48,481 nt of DNA, taken from NCBI GenBank assembly GCA_031376295.1, contig JANMDL010000216.1, forward strand, positions 1-48,481. The letters are read 5' to 3'. The notes beneath the pieces are model-generated. The model ran no database searches. It worked only from the letters and a program-made list of their open reading frames with translations, and was not told the DNA's origin. Origin of the DNA: Chitinophagales bacterium. Its GTDB lineage: Bacteria > Bacteroidota > Bacteroidia > Chitinophagales > Chitinophagaceae. Of the stretch, positions 38,437 to 46,486 are shown one piece after another; position 1 is the stretch's first letter, and every line of letters begins with the position of its first letter. The position numbers and the translations under genes are program-made.

Positions 38437-39600
38437 TTATTTATTCAGCCTGCCCCAGTTTTGTGTGCCCTGCAGCTCCACATTGGGGTCAAAAGCGGGG
38501 TTGTTGCTCATTACATAACTGCCATCGCCCCTGCTCCATGCGTGGTTGTAGCCGCTGGTAAGCTCCACCTTATTACCGCTTTCATCAGTATAATTTTCTA
38601 CACCCCGCAGGTATTGGCCAAACTCCCCGCTGTTATCATTGCTGCTGCCTGGGCTGCTGTTTTTTGCTTCCCAGCTGCGTATGATATTGTTGCCTATTTC
38701 CTCCTGAGCCTGGTGTGATATCTGTATCTGTTTCCAGGTTTGGTCCTGGGCATTGCGGCTTACATTGGCAAAAAACTTTTGCACCGCATTGCCCCACTGC
38801 GGGTTTATCCTTGCACTGCTGAAGAATGTACTCATGATTTTCCTGGCCATGGCTTCATTACCGCTTTTGTATTTCATCACTATCCTCATTGCTACATAGC
38901 ACTGATAATTTTCGCTCATATTGCCCTGGGTGCCTGGCATGCTTACTATTGTTTGCATGATGGTGCAAAATGCAAGGCCTTCTTTCCCGTCAGCAAATTG
39001 CAGTACACCTTCTGCGGCACTGCCTTTGTGGCTGTAGGCATTGTTGCCGGCACTTCTTGCAGCATTGGTCATTTGTGCGGCACCCTTGTCCATTGCTTGT
39101 TGCAGTTCTTCAATGGCCCTGGCCGATTTTACCTGTGCTTTCAGGTAAGGAGCTATACCCTGGCTGATATATCCTGCGGCATCCGTTGGCTGAGTAATAT
39201 AGCAGGAATGCAGGTTGAATCCCCGTTTCATGGCATCTAAGTAAACAGGGTCGGTACTCCAGTCGAATTGGGTGGTGGGCAGTACTATCAGTTCATATTC
39301 TTTGTCTGGCGATGCCGCCTGTATTGATGCCTGCAGCATTTCTGGCAGGCATTTACTGGCAGCATTCCACTGCACACTGCTGTTTACCTGCCAGTTTTCC
39401 GGCAACAAAAAAGAAGAAACTTCTACGGGTTGGTTAAAGCCCTGCTTATCCTCCACACGAAAACGTTTTAATATTACATAATCTTTTCCTTCTTCATATT
39501 TGCCGGATGATTGAGTGGCGCTGCCGGGTTTGTTTGAATTGTTTTGTGTGCAGGCTGCAATGCAGCAGATGCAGGCAAGGGAAATAATTAAATTGTGCAC
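38437..39600 (-). CDS. Hypothetical lipoprotein
   Basis: 387-aa ORF, lipobox 'IAAC', C-terminal 'F..Y.RGVE.Y.D..G..VEL..GY.HAW'. Confidence 0.7.
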   Translation of the reverse strand: MHNLIISLACICCIAACTQNNSNKPGSATQSSGKYEEGKDYVILKRFRVEDKQGFNQPVEVSSFLLPENWQVNSSVQWNAASKCLPEMLQASIQAASPDKEYELIVLPTTQFDWSTDPVYLDAMKRGFNLHSCYITQPTDAAGYISQGIAPYLKAQVKSARAIEELQQAMDKGAAQMTNAARSAGNNAYSHKGSAAEGVLQFADGKEGLAFCTIMQTIVSMPGTQGNMSENYQCYVAMRIVMKYKSGNEAMARKIMSTFFSSARINPQWGNAVQKFFANVSRNAQDQTWKQIQISHQAQEEIGNNIIRSWEAKNSSPGSSNDNSGEFGQYLRGVENYTDESGNKVELTSGYNHAWSRGDGSYVMSNNPAFDPNVELQGTQNWGRLNK

Positions 39601-39696
39601 AGTTTTGTTTTTATATATGATAGTAACAAAACTTAAAGATATTGTTTTTTATAATGTGAAAAAGCAGCCTCAGGAGTTGTATCAATCTGTCATGGT

Positions 39697-40830
39697 TTAC
39701 ATGGCAGCCGCTACAATCTTATTATATCCATCCGGATCGGTAGCTCCTTCTGTACTGTAAAAAAGAATGCTTGAATTTTCGTTGATGCCCAGGGCATTTT
39801 TCAATGGCGCATATCTTTCATCTGTCATCACTGCTATAAAACCGGCAAGGCCCGCTGCGCCAGATTCGCCGGAAATTACCTGCGGGTCTGTATCTGCGGG
39901 TGTATGCAGCATACGCATAGTCTGCATGGCAAAACCGTCTTCAATCATTACTACCGCATCCACATTGTCTTTTATTATTTCCCAGGCGGTGGAAGAGGGG
40001 ATGCCACAATTGAGCCCAGCCATAATCGTTTGCTGGTTGCCTGTTGGGAGCGTACGTTGCCCCTGCTTAAACGACTGCAGTATACCGTTTGATTCAACGG
40101 GTTCAACCAATACAATCTTCGGGCGGTTGCTTCCATAACGGGTAACATAATACCATACGGCTGCTGCCGCCCAACTACCCACACCTGCCTGTAAAAAAAC
40201 TATATCAATCCCGGGTTTGGGTAAGGAGTGTACGCTGTTTTCCATTTCGGCAAAATGGGTAAGATACCCCGCCATAATGTAAGCCGGTATATCTTCATAA
40301 CCTTCCCAGGCAGTATCCTGCACTAATTGCCAGCCTTCATTTTTACTGGTCATTTCTGCCAGCAGGCAGGTTTCATCATAATTGCCATTCGTTTTTATTA
40401 CTTTGGCTCCTTCGTTTTCAATGGCAGCAATGCGGTAGGGGACAATGTTTTTTGGTACAAAAATTACTGCTTTTTTACCAGCCTGCTTAGCCGCCCATGC
40501 CACTGCCCGCCCGTGATTGCCATCTGTAGCGCTACAGAACGTATCTATGTCAGGATGCTTTTGCAATATTTCATAAATGGCGTACGAGGCACCCAATCCC
40601 TTAAAAGCATTTAACCCAAAGCGGTGCGATTCGTCTTTAAGAAAAATATTGCCCACATTGAACCGTTTGGCCATGGCTGGTAACACAACCAATGGTGTTG
40701 GCTGGTAAATGGGCAGGGATGAGTGATAGGCAAATGCCATGCTGTTGTTAAGCATTACTGTGGTGGCATTATCCGGTAATTGGTTGATGGGTTGATTGAA
40801 ATGATAAAAAGGAGCTGTTGCCTCGTTCAT
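39697..40830 (-). CDS. dpaL: Diaminopropionate ammonia-lyase (PLP)
   Basis: 'KDES.RFGLNAFKGLG.SYA', 'ATDGNHGRAVAW', 'QDTAWEGY', 'QAGVGS', 'GESGAAG'. Confidence 0.9.
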   Translation of the reverse strand: MNEATAPFYHFNQPINQLPDNATTVMLNNSMAFAYHSSLPIYQPTPLVVLPAMAKRFNVGNIFLKDESHRFGLNAFKGLGASYAIYEILQKHPDIDTFCSATDGNHGRAVAWAAKQAGKKAVIFVPKNIVPYRIAAIENEGAKVIKTNGNYDETCLLAEMTSKNEGWQLVQDTAWEGYEDIPAYIMAGYLTHFAEMENSVHSLPKPGIDIVFLQAGVGSWAAAAVWYYVTRYGSNRPKIVLVEPVESNGILQSFKQGQRTLPTGNQQTIMAGLNCGIPSSTAWEIIKDNVDAVVMIEDGFAMQTMRMLHTPADTDPQVISGESGAAGLAGFIAVMTDERYAPLKNALGINENSSILFYSTEGATDPDGYNKIVAAAM

Positions 40831-40884
40831 GGAATGGTCGTTATTTACTTTTTGCAAAAATACGGGTGTTAAATTCCACCAGTA

Positions 40885-41610
40885 TTATTTTTTGCCGGTG
40901 CTTCTTTTGCGGAGTCTTACAATGGCGGGGAGGATAAACTCAGCAGGTTGAAGGGGAAGCTGCTTTTTTTCCGGTTTCTTGTTGCTTTTGGCGGTTCCGT
41001 CTTTCATGGCAGAAATATTGGTTGCCGAATCATTTTTTGCTGGTGGTTCTGAAGTTTCAGCTTTGAGTGTACAATCTTGCGGGTGGTACATAGGAAGCGG
41101 GGGGACATATTCCGGCCTGATGTTGCCACATATCATTGTGTGGTCAAAGTTTATTGGTACAAACAATTGGCGCTTATGCCGCCGGTATTGTTTTTTTAAT
41201 TTTTTTATGCGGAATTTTTTTGCTTTTTTACTGCCGGAACGATTGGCTTCCGTTTGCGCATACAAGGCTTTTGAATCGCCCAGTAAAACATCAATAGAAA
41301 AAAAGTTGCTGCCAAAGCAAATGAGGAAAATCACCAGGAATTTCTTCCAGCCGGGGATTCGTTTCTGAAAAAAGTAACCGGGTACCTTTATGCGGATTCT
41401 TTCTAACTGGACATTTTTAAATCTGCCGCAAACAGAATGCAATTCGTTATTGGTGAAAAACTGTTGTATCGCATCATCTGTCATTACCGAAAAATCTGTA
41501 ACCGTTTTCGCACAGGACAGGCAGTATCGTCCCTTATCATTGGGTATCATATCATCCCAACCCTGGTGGCAGGGCTTTGGTATGGTAAGGGAATACGTTT
41601 TCATTTGCAT
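40885..41610 (-). CDS. Hypothetical membrane protein with N-terminal Cys motif
   Basis: 'IPKPCH..W..M.....GRYC.SC.K.V.DF..M...CGRF' then a TM helix and a Lys-rich tail. Confidence 0.7.
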   Translation of the reverse strand: MQMKTYSLTIPKPCHQGWDDMIPNDKGRYCLSCAKTVTDFSVMTDDAIQQFFTNNELHSVCGRFKNVQLERIRIKVPGYFFQKRIPGWKKFLVIFLICFGSNFFSIDVLLGDSKALYAQTEANRSGSKKAKKFRIKKLKKQYRRHKRQLFVPINFDHTMICGNIRPEYVPPLPMYHPQDCTLKAETSEPPAKNDSATNISAMKDGTAKSNKKPEKKQLPLQPAEFILPAIVRLRKRSTGKK

Positions 41611-41791
41611 GGTGCGATGATTGATACTGGTATAAAGGTATGGAAGTTTTGCTGCACCAGCCCGGGCATTCATTCAGGCCTGCACCTGACCGGAGTGGTG
41701 AGATTTTAATCTTGCTGCTTTAAAATAAAGCCGGTAAAAATTTCACTTTTAAAAAACCAGTTACTATTTTGAGGGAAAATACACAGCAATT

Positions 41792-42070
41792 ATGGCATAC
41801 CAGCATTCCCTTCAGCAAGCAGATTTTGATACTGCACAAAACGGTACTTCCTGCTCCACCTGCAGTGGCAGAGGTACATTTTCATGCCCTTCCTGCGGCG
41901 GCTCCGGATCACTCTCCTGCCGCTCCTGTGGTGGTACAGGATATATGGATGGCGATAGTGCTAATTCTTCCTGCTCATTCTGCGGCGGCGATGGTAAAAA
42001 TAATTGCTCAGGTTGCAGCGGCAGCGGTAACATCAATTGCAGCCGCTGTGGTGGAAGCGGGTGGGAGTGA
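41792..42070 (+). CDS. Miniprotein of six CxxCxGxG (DnaJ-type) zinc-finger repeats
   Basis: CSTCSGRG, CPSCGGSG, CRSCGGTG, CSFCGGDG, CSGCSGSG, CSRCGGSG in 92 aa. Confidence 0.75.
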   Translation: MAYQHSLQQADFDTAQNGTSCSTCSGRGTFSCPSCGGSGSLSCRSCGGTGYMDGDSANSSCSFCGGDGKNNCSGCSGSGNINCSRCGGSGWE

Positions 42071-42172
42071 GGGGAGGATAGATTAGCCATTACAAGGCAG
42101 GTTTTTTATTCATGCTAATACAGGTCACTCAATGGAGGTTTAACGATATGAATAGCAATCAAAATAAAAAAA

Positions 42173-42484
42173 ATGGAACGTGAAGAATTTCCTGAATCAG
42201 TAAAGCTGCAGGCGTTAATACGGCAGAACTATACATGCGGTTCTTGTGGAGAAAAAATTGAAAGCCTGCGGCAAATTGGACAAATAAGCCATAAATATGG
42301 CGAAGGAGCCCGTGCACACCACATGCGCCATTGCCAGATGGGTGGCACAAATGATGTATCCAATTGTGTAATTATCTGTGAGGCGTGTCATTATTCTGCT
42401 CACAATGGTGGTGATTACAGGAACAAATCAAGTTTTCTTATCAGCAGTGCCCCGGATTATGAGTTTTTTTATAAGAAAGAATAA
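42173..42484 (+). CDS. Stand-alone HNH endonuclease
   Basis: 'F...VK..AL.RQ.Y.CGSCG', 'AHH......GG.N..SNC..IC..CH..AH'. Confidence 0.85.
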   Translation: MEREEFPESVKLQALIRQNYTCGSCGEKIESLRQIGQISHKYGEGARAHHMRHCQMGGTNDVSNCVIICEACHYSAHNGGDYRNKSSFLISSAPDYEFFYKKE

Positions 42485-42491
42485 AACTCTT

Positions 42492-42541
42492 CTGGCCCAG
42501 GACTCCTGTCCTGCTGCCGCACCTTACTAAAGCCAGGCAGC
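42492..42541 (+). repeat. 40-bp repeat copy 1 (REP-like CAGGA...TCCTG core)
   Basis: 42492-42531 matches 45535-45574 at 36 of 40 positions; trailing GCCAGGCAGC also at 45637-46. Confidence 0.8.
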
Positions 42542-42820
42542 CTGTAAAATGGGTAAAATAAGTATTAGCCAAAGGCGACATCATTTTCAACCAACCCTGC
42601 AATGCCCTGCCGCTTAGTATATGCTGTATAAAAGTTTATGATGGCATAAAACATATTTCGGCGAAGTAAAAACAACCAGGCACTAACCTGTTTTGCCAGC
42701 ATCTTTCCTGTCCAATAATATATCAACCACTCTATTTTAAATAAATTTTAACAGCACCATGCATTTTTATTTTTAAACAGGGGTTTAATTTTAATGTATT
42801 AATTACTAAAAATATAGTAC

Positions 42821-43534
42821 ATGAAAATTCAAAAATTTTATACGCCAACCGGGGCAGAACAACCCGGTGCCGGTGCACCCGCCACTGCAAGGCAGTACAA
42901 AAGAAGAATCCCTGCAAAAGACAATGACTTTGGCCAGTTGTGCAGCCAGGTAAATGAGCAATGGAAGCTTATACCGGCTTTTATACTGCTGTACATTACA
43001 CAAAAGGAATTTGAAGCTAAAGTGGCAGAGTTCAACGGCACATTAGACAGTAAACAAAAAACTGCCGGTAACCGCTCACCGCTTACAAGCCAGTTGGCCG
43101 GGGCCGATGCTGACATTGATAACGGGCTGAGCCAGGTAAAAGGGTATCTTAAAGAAAAGTACGAGAAAAAAGCCCCCGCCTACTATGCATCATTTGGTAT
43201 TGAGCGCATTGGTAACAGCTACCGTTTTCCTGCAGACAGAAATAAACGTAAAAACCTGCTAAAGCTGGTTATAGCGGGTATTGATGCAGAAGGATTTGCA
43301 GGTAAAAAATATGGTGCAGCGTATTGGAGCAGGCTCAGTACCAACTACAGCGCACTGCTGCAGCAGGCCACGCAAACCGACGGGCAGGTAAGCAGTAAGG
43401 TGGGCGATAAAAACCAGCTAAAGCAGGAACTTACAACGGTAATTAATTCCCTGATAGGGCTAATTGAGGCCAATTATCCGCACACTTTTGAAGGGGAGCT
43501 GCGCAAATGGGGTTTTCAAAAAGAAAAGTATTAA
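42821..43534 (+). CDS. Hypothetical alpha-helical protein ending 'ELRKWGFQKEKY'
   Basis: 237-aa ORF with AT-rich upstream region and a strong terminator; amphipathic helices, no recognised catalytic motif. Confidence 0.8.
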   Translation: MKIQKFYTPTGAEQPGAGAPATARQYKRRIPAKDNDFGQLCSQVNEQWKLIPAFILLYITQKEFEAKVAEFNGTLDSKQKTAGNRSPLTSQLAGADADIDNGLSQVKGYLKEKYEKKAPAYYASFGIERIGNSYRFPADRNKRKNLLKLVIAGIDAEGFAGKKYGAAYWSRLSTNYSALLQQATQTDGQVSSKVGDKNQLKQELTTVINSLIGLIEANYPHTFEGELRKWGFQKEKY

Positions 43535-43559
43535 GCACTGGCTATGCCTTGCCGGTTGC

Positions 43560-43590
43560 AGACCGCCCGCTTTGGGGCGGTCTTTTTTAT
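43560..43590 (+). terminator. Intrinsic terminator
   Basis: AGACCGCCC-GCTTTG-GGGCGGTCT followed by TTTTTAT. Confidence 0.85.
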
Positions 43591-43600
43591 GCCCTGCACG

Positions 43601-43966
43601 GGCAATGTGCAATTGTATGTATGGTAATGCACATAAATGGTATTGCACCATGCAGGTATGTAGATGATAGTTTAACTGTATGCTGCTGCAGGGTGCATAT
43701 ATGCCAATGTAAGTTCACTGGTGTGCTACTGCACGGTGCATGTATGGTCATGTGAGTTTACTGGTATGCTGTTGCACAGTGTATATATGGCCAGGTGAGT
43801 TTGCTTGCATATTGCTGCACGGTGTATATAAGCCAAGGTGAGTTAATTTGTATGCTGCTGCATGGTGCATATATGGTCAGGTGAATTAGCTGGTATATTG
43901 CTGCACGGTGCTTATACGCTCATGTGAGTTTTTCTTATTATACTGCACGGTGTATTTACCTGCGGG
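43601..43966. repeat. Non-coding tandem array, period 43 bp, 7 clear plus ~1.5 degenerate units
   Basis: Units start 43666, 43709, 43752, 43795, 43838, 43881, 43924; consensus GTGAGTTwrcTkGTATGCTGCTGCACGGTGYATATATGgycAk. Confidence 0.9.
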
Positions 43967-44093
43967 TAGTGGCTGTTGATGCAATAAAGGCTCCCCTGTT
44001 AACTGCCTGCTGCCGTCCGTCAACTTTTCAAAAAAAATCCTTATATTGCACTACATCAATCCCAAAACAGAAAAACAGTATAACTTTCCAGCA

Positions 44094-44744
44094 ATGAAAG
44101 CCAGGCTAAATAAAAACCAGCGCAATAAAGAAGTAAACCACGGTGGCGACCTGTACCCCGTAATGCAGAGCATACTGATGCGTGAAAGCAAGATAAGACG
44201 GGCTATAGAACATTTTTGGGTAGCCAGCCTTGATAATAAAAACAGGCTGCTGAATGTGGAACTGATAAACCTTGGCTCGGTAAACCGGGTACAGGTAAAG
44301 CCGCCCGAAGTGTTTCGCATATCCATATACAAAGCTGCGCCCCGTATAGTATTGATACACAACCACCCCAGCGGTGAGCTGGGCATACTTACCCCCAACG
44401 AAGCTGATAAAAACTTTACCGACCACATGATGAAGGCCGGCAAATTATTAAATATTGATGTAGCCGACCACTTAGTAATTACCGAAACGGAGTACTACAG
44501 CTTTAAAGACCGTGGCTATATGCTGCTGCTGAGCAAAAGCGGTAAATACGAAATTACCCTGGCCGAAACAGAGGAGATAAAGGCCTGGAAGGAGGAGATA
44601 ATTGCAAAAGAGGCGATTGATAAACATGCAAGGGCGATGGCTGAAAGAATGATTGCATCTGGCCTTGCTACTGATGATATTGTTAAGTTTAGTGGTTTGC
44701 GGCGGAGTAGTGTGGAGAAGATGAGGCGGGAGATGGGGGAGTAG
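44094..44744 (+). CDS. JAB/MPN (RadC-like) domain protein with Rpn-like C-terminal helical tail
   Basis: 'EHFW...LD..N.L...E....GS.N...V.P.EVF', 'HNHPSG......PNEAD', 'DHLVI'; ATG 44094 preferred. Confidence 0.85.
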   Translation: MKARLNKNQRNKEVNHGGDLYPVMQSILMRESKIRRAIEHFWVASLDNKNRLLNVELINLGSVNRVQVKPPEVFRISIYKAAPRIVLIHNHPSGELGILTPNEADKNFTDHMMKAGKLLNIDVADHLVITETEYYSFKDRGYMLLLSKSGKYEITLAETEEIKAWKEEIIAKEAIDKHARAMAERMIASGLATDDIVKFSGLRRSSVEKMRREMGE

Positions 44745-44758
44745 GGTGTTTGCTTTAA

Positions 44759-45508
44759 GTGGATTTATCTTTAAAATGCAAAGAAAAAATACTTAAGTCT
44801 ATGAATGACGAATTAGGAAATCCTCATAATGCAGATGATTTGGACACCCCAAAGGGATTACCAAAGAAGAATGAGTTAGAAACTCCATTCATTATTCAGT
44901 TACTAGTTACAGCATTTAGTTTCTGGGCAATAATTCATACCATTCTTACACGCTCAATCGATGATGTCTTTCGATATACTTTATACACAGCTATACCGAT
45001 AGCCTTGATAGTCATAATAGTTGGATTAACCTATATCAGAAAATCTGGGCTCACAAAATCTTCGGCTGGAAATAAGGTAATAATATTAGTATTACCTGTG
45101 CTTATAATATTTGTCGCATTAATATACTATTCGCTTGGAGCTTCTATAAAAGATTTATTTTTTTGGATTCAGGCGCCATCGCTTTCAAAGAATGGCACAA
45201 TTATAACTACACTTCTTATTACGCTTGCGCTTGGATTTTTATTATTCTACTTTCGTTTGCGTTTACGTGGTGTATATGGAATTACTGAAGTGTTAATTGG
45301 ATTAGCTATTGCAGCAAACAGAGTTGCAATTGAGAATACCCGAGAAGTGCCTAAATCGGAGTTTTATTTAGCAATATTGACTGCGTCGGTTTATTTGGTT
45401 GTTCGTGGAATAGATAATATTCATCAAGGACTCACAAAAGACCCATTCGACCCAGTTGCTCAAAAAATATTTTTTTATTTTAAAAAAATGTCAGACCGTT
45501 ACTCATGA
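44759..45508 (+). CDS. AT-rich multi-pass membrane protein, unknown function
   Basis: About 6 hydrophobic segments; 'YG..EV.IG', 'Y..VRG.DN'; codon usage differs from core genes; start may be ATG 44801. Confidence 0.7.
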   Translation: MDLSLKCKEKILKSMNDELGNPHNADDLDTPKGLPKKNELETPFIIQLLVTAFSFWAIIHTILTRSIDDVFRYTLYTAIPIALIVIIVGLTYIRKSGLTKSSAGNKVIILVLPVLIIFVALIYYSLGASIKDLFFWIQAPSLSKNGTIITTLLITLALGFLLFYFRLRLRGVYGITEVLIGLAIAANRVAIENTREVPKSEFYLAILTASVYLVVRGIDNIHQGLTKDPFDPVAQKIFFYFKKMSDRYS

Positions 45509-45534
45509 AATTTTCAGACCAATTTAGTCTACAA

Positions 45535-45646
45535 CTGGCGCAGGACTCCAGCCCTGCTGCCGCACGTTACTAAACCGTCAACTCTAAAAAGTAACATAAG
45601 GCGTCAGGGCTGGAGCCCTGCGAAGACAGAAGCAAGGCCAGGCAGC
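45535..45646 (+). repeat. 40-bp repeat copy 2 within an 84-bp REPIN-like inverted repeat
   Basis: CGCAGGACTCCAGCCCTG(45539-56) pairs with CAGGGCTGGAGCCCTGCG(45605-22); inner GTTAC/GTAAC. Confidence 0.8.
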
Positions 45647-45801
45647 ACCGGTCTGTACGTGGCTTTTCCGCCACAGGCAGATTAGTCCGTCAGACCGAAG
45701 TGCTGAAAGGGAAGCCCTCACCCAGTCAGCGTCTGACCGCCCAACCTTCGGAAGGGCATAGCTTGTCCCGCAATACGGGATGCTGACGCTGGTATCTACC
45801 A

Positions 45802-45901
45802 CTGGCAGGAATGCTGTCCTGCTGCACGTTACTAAAACTACAAGCTAAACAAAGGCAACAACCAGTTTGCCTTGGCGTGTCTGCACACGCCAGCGACAAT
45901 T
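45802..45901 (+). repeat. Degenerate repeat copy 3 plus REP-like palindrome
   Basis: CTGGCAGGAATGCTGTCCTGCTGCACGTTACTAAA; TGGCGTGT-CTGC-ACACGCCA followed by GCGACAATT, a tail shared with 27078-86. Confidence 0.65.
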
Positions 45902-46027
45902 ATATATAACCCAAAGCCAGGTGATTGATATACAGCAACATTCCAACTTCTAAAGAAACGAATAGCAGTGTGCGGCATATAATTAAAATACCCATCCATT
46001 CCTATTCAGAAAGTGTTTTCGAAGGAC

Positions 46028-46244
46028 GGGCATCGGAAAAAATTGCGTTAAGAAAATTTTCATGGCTGGGTAAAAAATGACATTGATGTTACCACTGCCA
46101 GGCCATGTTCTTAGCTGGTAAGTCGCACTATTGCTGGGATTTATTCCACTGCTGTGACTGATTTCATTTTAGCCAGACAGGGAAATTTTTAGCTTTTTTT
46201 TCCGCAGCCCTTGATTTTTGGTGCTTTTCATCAAGGAAAAGCAC
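46028..46244. ncRNA. Candidate structured ncRNA or miniature element: long nested stem plus terminal hairpin/pseudoknot
   Basis: Nested complementary arms from 46028-46080 to 46164-46210; 9-bp hairpin 46221-44 whose loop is complementary to 46210-15. Confidence 0.5.
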
Positions 46245-46486
46245 AGAAAACGATCAGAAAAGCATTCCGAATTAATTGCTTAGCGATAAAACCTAAAGGG
46301 AAATTACTAATTCAAATCTTCCGGGCAGTTGTCATCTTTTAAAAACGGTGTAAAGATTCGCTCATATAGTTATTGCAACTGTTTTGCAGCCCGGTCGGCT
46401 GCTCGGGGAATCTGGAATACACCCGAAAAACAAAGGGCATATTATTTTCAGGGAAACAGGCGTAACTTACATTCAAATTTTTTAAA

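Noticed and set aside
41769-42090. Overlapping 105-aa (+) and 92-aa (-) ORFs
   Set aside because: Shadows of the CxxCxGxG frame, which alone has a coherent motif
43601-43966. CRISPR array
   Set aside because: No identical repeats separated by unique 26-45 bp spacers; the whole unit is only 43 bp and its variable parts are homologous to each other; no cas genes in the window
45520-45625. Integron attC site (CTACAAC after the gene stop, long hairpin)
   Set aside because: No matching GTTRRRY end box at the hairpin base and no integrase; better explained as REP-like
45584-45802. 72-aa minus-strand ORF
   Set aside because: Lies wholly in palindromic repeats with no protein-like features
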